A stretch of 64,000 nt of DNA from Candidatus Saccharimonadota bacterium (GTDB taxonomy: Bacteria > Patescibacteriota > Saccharimonadia > Saccharimonadales > JACOTW01). Position 1 is the stretch's first letter, and the number at the start of each line of letters is the position of its first letter. The DNA is taken from assembly GCA_016178135.1 (NCBI GenBank), contig JACOTW010000004.1:2681-66680 (forward strand), written 5' to 3'. Below are positions 36,771 through 45,898 of this stretch, piece by piece. The notes under the pieces are model-generated. The model was not told the origin of the DNA. It was given only the letters and a program-made list of their open reading frames with translations, and did not search any database. Position numbers and translations under genes: made by a program.

Positions 36771-36797
36771 GCCTACAATATACGCCTACATGCCTAC
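36762..36797. promoter_or_regulatory. Palindromic operator candidate at the vapB start
   Basis: TGTAGGCATGCCTACA is a perfect 16-bp palindrome overlapping the ATG at 36770. GCCTACATGCCTAC (36784-36797) repeats the half-site. Confidence 0.45.
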
Positions 36798-36858
36798 GCT
36801 GTCAATAACTCATAACCACCCCATAGTTATTCGGCACCTAACTAAAACTTGCAATATA

Positions 36859-37482
36859 TCAAAACGAAAATGGTTTGTTGATATAGATAATTTCCATATT
36901 ATCAGGGTTATAACCCTTAAATCGTATCCAATCAATAGCCTGTTGTTTGCCACTTTCTGAATAATACGTTATGACAATCGCTAAAGCCTGTGGATTATCA
37001 GGCTCTTTTTTGGATTTTCCGTAGTCTATGCGATACTCTTGATCAATAAGTGGCAGGTTAGTAATGATTGGAAATTTAGCTTGAAGTTCTTGGGATGCTT
37101 GGTCCATGCTTTTGCCTGTGATTCCCTCGCCCTTCAATGCATCCTCCGGATGGGTATCAAACCAGTTATTGGTACTAAGAGAACTGGGATCCAGAACGAC
37201 ACCAACATAGACATCCTGATTTTTGGATATAGTTATAGATTTTGATCCTGTGGTAAAACCATCATGACTAACTTTAATGGTATATGAGCCAGGGCGAACT
37301 TTTTTAGTGCCCTCTTTGATTCCTTTATCGTTGAGCTTAATGGTTGAGCCGGAGGGGGACACCTCTATTGTTATTTTTGCCGTCATGCGCGATCGATTAA
37401 TACCTGAAAAGATCAGTAATACTGCGGTGGCTATAAATACAACGATAGCTATAAACAAAAATCTCCTAGGTATATTATTCAT
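36859..37482 (-). CDS. Membrane-anchored PEGA-domain protein
   Basis: 207 aa with an N-terminal TM segment. SGSTIKLNDKGIKEGTKKVRPGSYTIKVSHDGF is a PEGA-like pattern. Confidence 0.5.
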   Translation of the reverse strand: MNNIPRRFLFIAIVVFIATAVLLIFSGINRSRMTAKITIEVSPSGSTIKLNDKGIKEGTKKVRPGSYTIKVSHDGFTTGSKSITISKNQDVYVGVVLDPSSLSTNNWFDTHPEDALKGEGITGKSMDQASQELQAKFPIITNLPLIDQEYRIDYGKSKKEPDNPQALAIVITYYSESGKQQAIDWIRFKGYNPDNMEIIYINKPFSF

Positions 37483-37486
37483 AAAT

Positions 37487-38758
37487 TTACTTTATCCTCG
37501 CGACTATATAATCACCGGCTCTACCATTATATGTAATTGAGGCAATTGCAGACGAAGCTTGTGGAACATGACCACCAAGAGAGGCAGATACTGAATCGCC
37601 CTTATAGCCCTGTTGACTGCCTGTAAAAATAAACGTATGTCCAATACCGGATCCCTTGCTATATATCAGTATATCTCCTGGCTGAAGCTGGGAAGTATCA
37701 CCAATATTTTCAATAATATAATACTTTTCCGTGTGATTTCTGACGTAGTTTTCCTGGATACTGGTACCTCGCTTTGGGTAGTTTGGATCAGCGCCAGTAG
37801 CGATCATCACAGTAGAAGTAAATACGCCACAATCACTATAGGGTTGGCTACCAGTACTGCCATTGTATTGTGGCATAGCGGTACGGTATTCTGGCTTGGC
37901 ATCATTTTGATCTGGGCCATGTCCTCCGGTTTCCCAAGCAAAATTTAGGGCAGTCTGCACGATACTGCCGGTAACCACCCCACCTGAACACTGTGTTGAA
38001 GAGTTGATGGCCGAGGTTGATGGTGGCGTACTGCTAGTAGGTGTGGGATATTTACCTCCGCCACTGGTAAAACCGCTAGATATCAGACTGTATACATTTT
38101 GCATATAATTCTGGGTTTCCGGTGGCGCCACGGATATAGGGGAAGTATCAGTAGTCTTTTTTGATACATTACCTCCCCCCCAGTTATAAACAGCTGCCTG
38201 AAAAATTAACGTTCCTCTGGCAAAAGGTGTGTTTATATCTCCTAAGGGGGTGTTAGTATCAACACCATTTGCGGCTGCCATATTGGCGGCGGCAAAAGCT
38301 GAATCGTAGATGTTCATCACATCGGCTTGACCATCGTTATTACCGTCAACCTTATAAGCCGCCCATGTACCAGGCATAAACTGGAATGGCCCACTTGCTC
38401 CTTTAGGTGATGTTGCCCAGCGCGAATCAAAAGGTGCCCAGTTATTGGCATGCTCCGACAGGAATAAGGACGCAATATAAGTAGGATTGGTTTTGTATGC
38501 GGCGGCGGCCTGGGCGAACAGTGTTTTGTGAGGCTCGGGAATAGCTCCCGATAGCTTACTGGTATCAACATCTACCATACAGCCCGTAGAGGTTTCTTCG
38601 ATATCGAAATAATATACGCCACTATTTAAGACGCGTTTTTGTTCAGGGCTTAGTGCTAAAACCGACAAGCCAGTTTGAGTGAAGCAAAATATAAATATAA
38701 TAGAAAACCAAAAAAGTTTTCTTGGGATACTATTCATAATTAGCCGTTTCTTTGCCAT
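37487..38758 (-). CDS. Secreted bifunctional peptidoglycan hydrolase (SLT lytic transglycosylase + NlpC/P60- or CHAP-like), VirB1-role
   Basis: ASGPFQFMPGTWAAY is an SLT motif. The C-terminal DCGVFTS (Cys) and GIGHTFIFTG (His) resemble a cysteine peptidase. The start is either 38758 or 38737; the track ORF to 38887 overlaps the upstream gene. Confidence 0.75.
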   Translation of the reverse strand: MAKKRLIMNSIPRKLFWFSIIFIFCFTQTGLSVLALSPEQKRVLNSGVYYFDIEETSTGCMVDVDTSKLSGAIPEPHKTLFAQAAAAYKTNPTYIASLFLSEHANNWAPFDSRWATSPKGASGPFQFMPGTWAAYKVDGNNDGQADVMNIYDSAFAAANMAAANGVDTNTPLGDINTPFARGTLIFQAAVYNWGGGNVSKKTTDTSPISVAPPETQNYMQNVYSLISSGFTSGGGKYPTPTSSTPPSTSAINSSTQCSGGVVTGSIVQTALNFAWETGGHGPDQNDAKPEYRTAMPQYNGSTGSQPYSDCGVFTSTVMIATGADPNYPKRGTSIQENYVRNHTEKYYIIENIGDTSQLQPGDILIYSKGSGIGHTFIFTGSQQGYKGDSVSASLGGHVPQASSAIASITYNGRAGDYIVARIK

Positions 38759-41093
38759 TAAATCCAATCGATGAACACGCTTGTCCGTTACCGGCATAGC
38801 AATCAGTAAGTGTGGATATGGAAGAATCAAAGACAAATATTGTGGTTCTTGCCCAGTTCTCATCACTAAAGTCATTACATTTCGCATTTATATAATTATC
38901 ATCAACAGGATTTATCTCCTCGGTCTTAACGGCATCCCATCCTTCAGGACCACGACTAATATCAACACCAAAACAATTCTTGGCCCTGTCAATGTACTGA
39001 TGTTTTTCGAATAATGGCGCCACAGTATTGGCATTATCGTAGGGATCTTCATATTTAGTATTATTGAGAATTTGTCGGGGTATCCCATACTCTGGAAAGC
39101 CCCAGTCATATGGTTGTTCGGTGGCTTTTACTTTGGGTGTCCATACCGAAAACAAATTAGATACTAGCTTTAAGGGGTTTAATATACTAACGGCTAAGTC
39201 GGATATATTGTTAATTGGGTTTTTGCTTGGCATCCGCATGGCTTTAGCTGTCAATGATCGGTAATCGTTCGGGTCAAATGTTCGGGTAAAAAAGCTCTTT
39301 TCTTGAAAATCGCTTAGATCCTGCTCGTTAAGTTCTTTGTTTATAGCGAGACTATCCGCTTTACTAAGCTCAACACCTCCCATTGATATAGCATTTAGAT
39401 TGCTAGATGCCCTGGCACCATAAGCAAGAAGATTCCCTCCTTGAGGTCCAGAAAAATATTTTACTGGGTCTTGGGTCAAGTGATCTATGGCGCCTTTTTC
39501 GATAAAATGTATAGCTGCTGAGATGGCAACCGTCGATACGGCAGCTTGGCTAGATTTTGCAGCCCAACCTCCAGGGCCTACGGCCAACAAGACCAGACCG
39601 GCAATGCCTTGAACGGCAAAACCAAGGGGACTGCATACGGCACCACTAACTCGATTATCGCCGATTCCATTAACAGTACTTACCACAGCGCTACTGGTAG
39701 TATTGATAGAAAATGCCTGTTTGTAGCCATCTTCAATATCTTCACCCTGACCGGGACCTTCTGTGGCCATGGCATTAAGTACCTTCCCTTCCCATACGGT
39801 TTTGCCATTCTCATCTTTGAGGCTCTCGGTAATATCTCCTATCTGATTCAAAGAAGGGACATCATTGTACTGTGTCTGGGAGCCTAATGCCTGCTTATCT
39901 GTGGACGCTATCATAGCCGGCACCACCACATTAGCATAATTTACTAGCGGTATAGCTTTTGAGATGCTCTTAACAACACAAAGACCAGCCGCTACGAATA
40001 GAGTGGCGTTTACTGCCTTTCTGTAGGGCGATACTGCCTCGTTTATACTGGTTTTGGCCTCCTCGTATTTAGTCTTTAGTTTTGCGCGCTTAGTTTCTTG
40101 GCGGCTTGTTTCTCTGGCAAGTCGAGCACTTCTAATGGATAATTTATTTTCTATGCCAGATGTTATTTTGCGCAAGGGGTGGAATAGACTGGGTAGATTA
40201 AAGTATTTTGACATAACACGTTTATTCATACCGTTAAGAATTTTACCGTCTTCTATATGTTCTAAGCTGGTAAAGGTCATTTGTCTCACACTACGATCGC
40301 TGTAATCACGCCAATTGATACTAAATTTATGGCCACCAGCATTCTCAACCGCACTCCCTGGTATTTTATGATCTTCAGCTATGGCGCGAATGGCTTCGGT
40401 TCGTGACATGCCTTGATATTTTGGATGTTTTGATATGTCTATTGATTGAGAAAGAGGCCGGCCAGTCTTTGGGTCTCTCTGAAACTCCACCCCAATATTC
40501 TTGAGTTGAGCTTCTACTCTCTTATAGACTCGGTTACCAGCATAGCCTACGCGAGTTTGTCCAACATCAGTAGTTAATCCTCCGCGGTAATGGATAAAAT
40601 GTTTCTTCAGGCGAGTTGAGATTGAACTGTCTGTTCCTCGGGAGAACTTACTAAGAATTTGTCCCAAATGGATTAGCTGAAAAGGTCCTTGTAAAATACT
40701 AAAAATTGCAAAAGTGGCGATTGCCCCGCCTAGACCTCCGCCAACAAGCCAACGTCCCTTACCGCCAATAGCCCCAACAATCTTGCCCGGCACATTATTG
40801 CCAGATCCAGAGGGGATTTTACCTGCCTGATGAGCCAGCTCGTTTACTAAGCCTAACTCTTTAGCGGAGGTGGTGTCTAGTGCATCGGAGGCACCGGATA
40901 TTCCGGATTCCGCGTTAGCTAGTTGTTCTGGGGTCTTGCCACGGCTAGGATGGTTTGGCGGCAGGTCGTTGTTACCGGCACTTGGAGCGGCAAAAGAATC
41001 CTCCAAATTATCAGCATCGGGCTTGTACCAACCTAGGTTGCCGTCATCGTAAGGACTATCCTGATCTGGTTTGTTATCAAGTTTAAGAGCCAT
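38730..41093 (-). CDS. Large membrane protein of the T4SS locus, function unknown
   Basis: 787 aa with an acidic or disordered N-terminus, TM segments near residues 115-135 and 355-395, and a Gly/Ala-rich hydrophobic region. I recognised no motif. Confidence 0.5.
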   Translation of the reverse strand: MALKLDNKPDQDSPYDDGNLGWYKPDADNLEDSFAAPSAGNNDLPPNHPSRGKTPEQLANAESGISGASDALDTTSAKELGLVNELAHQAGKIPSGSGNNVPGKIVGAIGGKGRWLVGGGLGGAIATFAIFSILQGPFQLIHLGQILSKFSRGTDSSISTRLKKHFIHYRGGLTTDVGQTRVGYAGNRVYKRVEAQLKNIGVEFQRDPKTGRPLSQSIDISKHPKYQGMSRTEAIRAIAEDHKIPGSAVENAGGHKFSINWRDYSDRSVRQMTFTSLEHIEDGKILNGMNKRVMSKYFNLPSLFHPLRKITSGIENKLSIRSARLARETSRQETKRAKLKTKYEEAKTSINEAVSPYRKAVNATLFVAAGLCVVKSISKAIPLVNYANVVVPAMIASTDKQALGSQTQYNDVPSLNQIGDITESLKDENGKTVWEGKVLNAMATEGPGQGEDIEDGYKQAFSINTTSSAVVSTVNGIGDNRVSGAVCSPLGFAVQGIAGLVLLAVGPGGWAAKSSQAAVSTVAISAAIHFIEKGAIDHLTQDPVKYFSGPQGGNLLAYGARASSNLNAISMGGVELSKADSLAINKELNEQDLSDFQEKSFFTRTFDPNDYRSLTAKAMRMPSKNPINNISDLAVSILNPLKLVSNLFSVWTPKVKATEQPYDWGFPEYGIPRQILNNTKYEDPYDNANTVAPLFEKHQYIDRAKNCFGVDISRGPEGWDAVKTEEINPVDDNYINAKCNDFSDENWARTTIFVFDSSISTLTDCYAGNGQACSSIGFNGKETANYE

Positions 41094-41115
41094 TCACCTA
41101 CCTTATGTCTATCAT

Positions 41116-41274
41116 ACACGAATTTCGCACTTTTCCATCGCTCCAGATGACACCTGACAGGCTACAGTCGCTCATTCCTCACTCAACATAACAATGGTTA
41201 TGTCTCCCTCGGATTGAACAACCGTAACCAGCCAGTTGCCACCTGGCATCAATGGCTAAGTGCGAAACTCGTGT
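41116..41274 (+). mobile_element. Family C palindromic TIR element, copy C1, 159 bp
   Basis: It is bounded by ACACGAATTTCGCACTTTTCCATCGC and GGCTAAGTGCGAAACTCGTGT. It fills the virB4-downstream gene spacer and abuts the virB4 stop. Confidence 0.8.
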
Positions 41275-43187
41275 CATACACCAGGAGTTAGTCGGTTGCT
41301 AAGATCAATAGTGCCTTGTGGTTGATCAATAGCCTCCTGTCGCTCTATTTGTCGGACTTGTTCAGGATTGGTAGTAATTAGTCCGGTTTCTGTTGGGCTG
41401 GCGGTAATTTGGATATGAACGTGGTTTTGACCGGCAAAGAATAAGCCCTGTCCTACCGGAAATTGACTAAGCCGTTTTTTTTCCTCACTGGTTAACTTAA
41501 ACACATCCGCCAGTACGTCTACGGCCGATGGAGACTGCTTGAGGAGTATTTGCATTGAAGCATTAGCCACAATTGCCCGTCCCATACGGCTACCCATAAA
41601 ATCTTCTACGTCTTGGGTTATGGTTGTAATGCCCAGATTGTATTTTCGTGATCTTTTAGCTAGAGAGAATAAGAAATTAGCCGAATCTTCATACTTCATA
41701 AGTTGCCAGGCTTCATCAACCACCAAGATGCGTTTTTTCTTTTCGGCTTTCGTCTTATTCCAGATAAAATTCAAGACTATATACATGGCTACCGGACGGA
41801 GTTCGTCTTCTAGGTCACGAATATTGAAAACAACCATAGGATTATTTATGTCTATATTGGATTGTTGAGAAAAAATACCGGCAAAGGTACCCGTAGTGTA
41901 TTTTCGCAAACGTTGAGCCAGCTGCGGGCCCGTTCCTCCCATATGAAGTAATGTATCGTAGAGATCGTTTATTGTGGGCGGTTGGGACCTGTGCGTTAAC
42001 GGATCATTGGTGATACCGGCCTTGGCGTAGGTTTCAATAAGCGCCGCGTCTAAATCGGCCTCTTCTACGGGGGATAGAGCGGGCATGGCAGCTGCGGTAC
42101 CGCCCATCATTTGGGCTTGAGCACCGCCCATCATTAAGCGTAATAGACCATGTAGTGTAATAAGATTGCTTCTAAGAGCATTGTCGGCTTCTTCGGTATC
42201 AACGACTTGAGGCAAATCGAAAGGATTAATTCGCGTGGCAGAGCTTAGGCTCAAACGCACATAAGCACCGCCCACGGCTTCAGCCATGCGCTGGTATTCA
42301 TTTTCTGGGTCAATAATAAACACGTCAATGCCAAACATCATGCTACGTAAAACCTCGAGTTTGACAGTAAACGATTTACCAGCACCGGCTTTGGCAAAAA
42401 CCACCGAGTTACCATTTTCCAGCGTAAAGCGATCAAAAATAACCAACCCAGAATTATGCATATTAATGCCGTACAAAATACCGTTATCCTGACTTAGATC
42501 GGCTGATGTGAACGGGAAACTAGTACTAAGTGCTCCGGTAGAGAAATTGCGTTTGATTTGCAACTGGTCGGTAAATTGCGGGACAGTGCTATTAAAGCCT
42601 TGTTCTTGTTGAGAAGAGGCTGCTTTGGAATAAATCAGTTGTTGTCCCAAAATCGATTCTATTTTATGGGAAACAAACTCGAGCTCATCAATATTGTTGG
42701 CATAAATTGTGAAGTACAATCCAAAACGGAAAAAACGTTCCTCGCCAACCTGTAATTTGTCCCGCATTTCCTCGGCATCTGTGATAGCCGCCTGTTTGCC
42801 TGGATCGCGAACTCGACCTTTTTCGGAATCAATCATGATGCCCGCTTCCAGCTGACCGACCTTCTTACGTAAATTTTCTAATACTACCTGGCTCTCAACA
42901 GGATATATGACCATCGACAAATCGATTATTTCGTCAATATTAACCATGCTACTCAACCATCCGGTAAATATCTGTCGGGGGTATCCATAAACATAATATG
43001 TTCTGGCGTAGCGGGTGCCGAGCTGGAAGTGTGTGCCAAAAAACTCTATTGAACTTGGGGCAATAAAATCACGTAGAGCGGTAATGCCTTTTTGGAAAGC
43101 AGTATTGACTTCCACTTCTTCTCTGGCACGTTGTTGCTGGGCAAGAGTTACTGGATCTAGCGGTGGCTTCTTTTTAAATAAGGCCAT
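41274..43187 (-). CDS. virB4: VirB4/TrbE/PrgJ-type T4SS ATPase
   Basis: 637 aa with Walker A AKAGAGKSF and Walker B ILVVDEAWQL. The YARTYYVYGYPRQIFTGWL region is typical of VirB4-family proteins. Confidence 0.85.
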   Translation of the reverse strand: MALFKKKPPLDPVTLAQQQRAREEVEVNTAFQKGITALRDFIAPSSIEFFGTHFQLGTRYARTYYVYGYPRQIFTGWLSSMVNIDEIIDLSMVIYPVESQVVLENLRKKVGQLEAGIMIDSEKGRVRDPGKQAAITDAEEMRDKLQVGEERFFRFGLYFTIYANNIDELEFVSHKIESILGQQLIYSKAASSQQEQGFNSTVPQFTDQLQIKRNFSTGALSTSFPFTSADLSQDNGILYGINMHNSGLVIFDRFTLENGNSVVFAKAGAGKSFTVKLEVLRSMMFGIDVFIIDPENEYQRMAEAVGGAYVRLSLSSATRINPFDLPQVVDTEEADNALRSNLITLHGLLRLMMGGAQAQMMGGTAAAMPALSPVEEADLDAALIETYAKAGITNDPLTHRSQPPTINDLYDTLLHMGGTGPQLAQRLRKYTTGTFAGIFSQQSNIDINNPMVVFNIRDLEDELRPVAMYIVLNFIWNKTKAEKKKRILVVDEAWQLMKYEDSANFLFSLAKRSRKYNLGITTITQDVEDFMGSRMGRAIVANASMQILLKQSPSAVDVLADVFKLTSEEKKRLSQFPVGQGLFFAGQNHVHIQITASPTETGLITTNPEQVRQIERQEAIDQPQGTIDLSNRLTPGV

Positions 43188-43230
43188 TAAACGTCTCCCC
43201 TGGAGTTATTTCTGACATCTGATCCACACA

Positions 43231-43397
43231 TATAGCCCCCGCAAAACAAATTCGGGGGTTTTGGAGCCGATGATCTTCGAGTCAAAAACTGGCTTTTCCG
43301 AGGGAAGCATATCATTAGATAAGGTGAGTGAGGAAAGACAGCTTTTGACCGGAGAGGGCGGTTCAAAAAGCCGTGAATTTGTTTTGCGGGGGCTATA
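43231..43397 (+). mobile_element. Family A element, copy A6, subfamily 2, 167 bp, inside the T4SS operon
   Basis: Both TIRs are intact. It lies between 43477-44388 and virB4. Confidence 0.85.
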
Positions 43398-43476
43398 GTT
43401 ACGAATTTTATACCTAGTCGTTTATACCAGATTGCAGCTGAATGAGCGAAACTTGTGATAGGTAGTGGGTCGTGAT

Positions 43477-44388
43477 TCACTGTAATTCCTTGTCTAGGTT
43501 GGGCTGTGGGGCTAGCCCTTCGCCCTTTACTACTACGGGTGCCGTGAGGTCATCAAAATTCTTGAGTTGTTGGCGCGTTGCAGTTTCTGGGTTGTAGGTA
43601 TCATAAAACAGCTCAATCAATTCCTGGGTATCTAGCGGAATACCCTGGATTCCGCATTGTTGCATACCACCCAGCACAGACTGTACGCGATTACGTAGTT
43701 CGTCTTTGGCCTTGTTGAGATCGGCCTCATTGATCACTACATGTTGTTCTTTGGAATTAAATAGACTGGCTAGTCCAGAAAAGAAATTTTTACTGGAAGT
43801 TAGGGCGCGCTGCACATCAAGAGTTGAATAATAAGGGATAATTATATAAAAGCGCTTGTCCATGATGTTGGTTTGTTGGGCTAGATCACTCATAAACGTC
43901 AGATAATCTTCCATGAGAAGTGCCAAGAGCATATTGTCATGTTCAGAACGTATTTTATCAAGTTTTTCAATGTATGGACCTAAATCAACCTTTTGCGAAC
44001 GAATAAATATCTGGATCGGAAAATATAAAGAATTCAAAAAACCCTGATAGCTGTACTCAACGGCTTCACGTTCCTGGGGGCTCATAAGGTCAAAATTGAT
44101 AGATTTTACCATTACGACCGACCTGAATGAGCCATCATTCATTATTACAATACCATCACGGATTTCGGCTATTTGCAGGCTGTTTTGGGTACTGTTTGGA
44201 TTGGTTTTGACGGGTACGGTCTGTCGCGTTACTGGCGATCCACCAATCATGGGGGTTTGTTGGGAATTTGCCGCTGACAGGGGTGGATAGCCAGCACCGC
44301 CAGCAACCGCCGGCTGCGGCCCATAGGGCCCATAACCGTTTTCCGGAAGTTGTGGCGTCTGTGATTGATTATATGAATTTGGGTCCAT
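43477..44388 (-). CDS. Hypothetical T4SS-locus protein (P/Q/G-rich N-terminus)
   Basis: The ATG at 44388 (MDPNSYNQSQ...) is preferred. The track ORF start at 44550 lies inside element C4. The core reads DGSFRSVVMVKSINFDLMSPQEREAVEYSYQGFLNSL. Confidence 0.5.
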   Translation of the reverse strand: MDPNSYNQSQTPQLPENGYGPYGPQPAVAGGAGYPPLSAANSQQTPMIGGSPVTRQTVPVKTNPNSTQNSLQIAEIRDGIVIMNDGSFRSVVMVKSINFDLMSPQEREAVEYSYQGFLNSLYFPIQIFIRSQKVDLGPYIEKLDKIRSEHDNMLLALLMEDYLTFMSDLAQQTNIMDKRFYIIIPYYSTLDVQRALTSSKNFFSGLASLFNSKEQHVVINEADLNKAKDELRNRVQSVLGGMQQCGIQGIPLDTQELIELFYDTYNPETATRQQLKNFDDLTAPVVVKGEGLAPQPNLDKELQ

Positions 44389-44435
44389 TAGCAAATTTGT
44401 CCACCCTTTAATTTGTGGTCGTGTATAGATTGAAT

Positions 44436-44590
44436 AGGACTTTCGCACTTTTTCATCGCAACAGACCACAGCTGATTGACTACAAATTGTCTGTATTTTC
44501 TCGGTGTACCTATTGGTACTCCTCAAGAATCCAAACAGTTTTCGTACCAATCATCTCTACTCTGTTATCAATGCAAAAGTGCGAAAGTTC
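44436..44590 (+). mobile_element. Family C element, copy C4 (divergent core)
   Basis: Its ends are GGACTTTCGCACTTTTTCATCGC and GCAAAAGTGCGAAAGTTC. Confidence 0.65.
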
Positions 44591-44657
44591 TATTAAAGTA
44601 TAGCCGAAACAAACGTAACCGGAAAGCCCGTGGGGAATTTTGTGACTCTTACACTTA

Positions 44658-44800
44658 ATCACGAGTTTCGGACTTAGCCGTCGATGCCAGGTTGCACCAA
44701 ACCGAGCGAAAACAGTTTTATCTGGCGGAGAGGTAGCTGTAGCTATAGTCCCCGCATATGCGGGATGAACTGGGGCGATGGAAAAGTCCGAAACTCGTGT
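44658..44800 (-). mobile_element. Family C element, copy C3, chimeric (interior carries family B and family A fragments)
   Basis: The ends are ATCACGAGTTTCGGACTTAGCCGTCGATGCCAGG and GCGATGGAAAAGTCCGAAACTCGTGT. The interior GAGCGAAAACAGTTTTATC is identical to 435-453 of B1. CTATAGTCCCCGCA is a family A TIR stub. Confidence 0.7.
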
Positions 44801-44803
44801 TAA

Positions 44804-45892
44804 TTACCGAAGGGATATTACTACTTCATCTTGGGGTGGTTCTTTTTTGTTGGCTTTATCAGCCTGACGAGCTATGGTTGCTATGTTTAGGTCGTCATTG
44901 TTGGCAAATTCTATTATGGATGAGTTGGTAACGGTGCCAGAAGCGGTCTTGGATGGCTTATTTTGTTCAGAAAGGGGTTTTATAGTGCGCATGTGCCCAT
45001 AGGCAGGGCTGGGCTTACTGTTCATATGAATCTTCTCAAGAATTTTTTGGTCGTCGGCCGTAGGTTGAGCTTGGGTGTGTGATGCAGCATCGTCAGCCCC
45101 AGGAATGACTACCTGCGACTTTTGAAAAACAGCCTGTCCTGCAGGGATTTTGGCGGTGCTTGCAGGGTCGCCACGCATAAACCAGTAGTCTGGCGGTGGG
45201 CCGTTGGCAATGGGATTATTGTTGTTTTGTAGTTGAGTAAATTGTTTCATTTGGTCGGTGATTTGCTGTTTATGTGTCTGTGCCGAGGCGGCAATCATCT
45301 GATCAAAATGTTGTGCAGTTGGACTGGTATGTTCGTCTAATATGTCATCAGTGTCATGGATATCCACAGCTACGACATTTCGTGGCAAGCTAGATAAGGC
45401 AACAAGCCGATCAGATTCCCCGATGATCGTTTCATAGCCTGGCTGGCTATATAGATTTACATTAACATTTTTAACAGCCCAACCGCGACTATCAATGGTG
45501 TTGGCAAGAGCCTCTAGGCGACTGCGAACTTCTGTTTCGGAAAAATTTTTAGACAGTATTCTTTCAATTTTTTTCGGGACGGTTATAGTTACCATTTCTT
45601 TAACGCCACTTTGATTCCAGATGCGACGGTGAGGTTTTAACATAAAGCGAATCTTAGCTAGTGCCCAAATCTCTGTTGGCTGATCTCGACTCCATGGCCA
45701 GGCAAAAAAACCAGTAATTATTATAAAGGGTAGAAATATAAACGTTATATAGCCAACACCTCTACTGATAGCCAAAAAGCTCAAATAAGCACAAATAGCG
45801 GCGATTGCCGCGTAAATAAACTGCTTAAGTGTTAGTGGCCCGAGAAATTTGTCCTCTGCCTCAATATCTTGTAGTACTTTATATGTTGCCAT
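44804..45892 (-). CDS. PrgI-family / VirB3-like T4SS membrane protein
   Basis: 362 aa. The N-terminus MATYKVLQDIEAEDKFLGPLTLKQFIYAAIAAICAYL followed by two TM segments matches the PrgI-family pattern. Confidence 0.55.
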   Translation of the reverse strand: MATYKVLQDIEAEDKFLGPLTLKQFIYAAIAAICAYLSFLAISRGVGYITFIFLPFIIITGFFAWPWSRDQPTEIWALAKIRFMLKPHRRIWNQSGVKEMVTITVPKKIERILSKNFSETEVRSRLEALANTIDSRGWAVKNVNVNLYSQPGYETIIGESDRLVALSSLPRNVVAVDIHDTDDILDEHTSPTAQHFDQMIAASAQTHKQQITDQMKQFTQLQNNNNPIANGPPPDYWFMRGDPASTAKIPAGQAVFQKSQVVIPGADDAASHTQAQPTADDQKILEKIHMNSKPSPAYGHMRTIKPLSEQNKPSKTASGTVTNSSIIEFANNDDLNIATIARQADKANKKEPPQDEVVISLR

Positions 45893-45898
45893 ATGTAT

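Noticed and set aside
43231-43397. The idea that element A6 split a single virB4 gene into 43477-44388 and 41274-43187.
   Set aside because: The two ORFs and the bridging ORF are in three different frames. Removing a 165-bp insertion does not change frame, so no simple fusion is restored. The 637-aa ORF already has a VirB4-like N-terminal region.
44748-44770. GTCCCCGCATATGCGGGATGAAC resembles a type I-E CRISPR repeat (…CCCCGC….GCGGGGATGAAC).
   Set aside because: There is only one copy in the window, with no spacer-repeat periodicity and no cas genes. The left part (TATAGTCCCCGCA) is explained as a family A TIR stub inside chimeric element C3.
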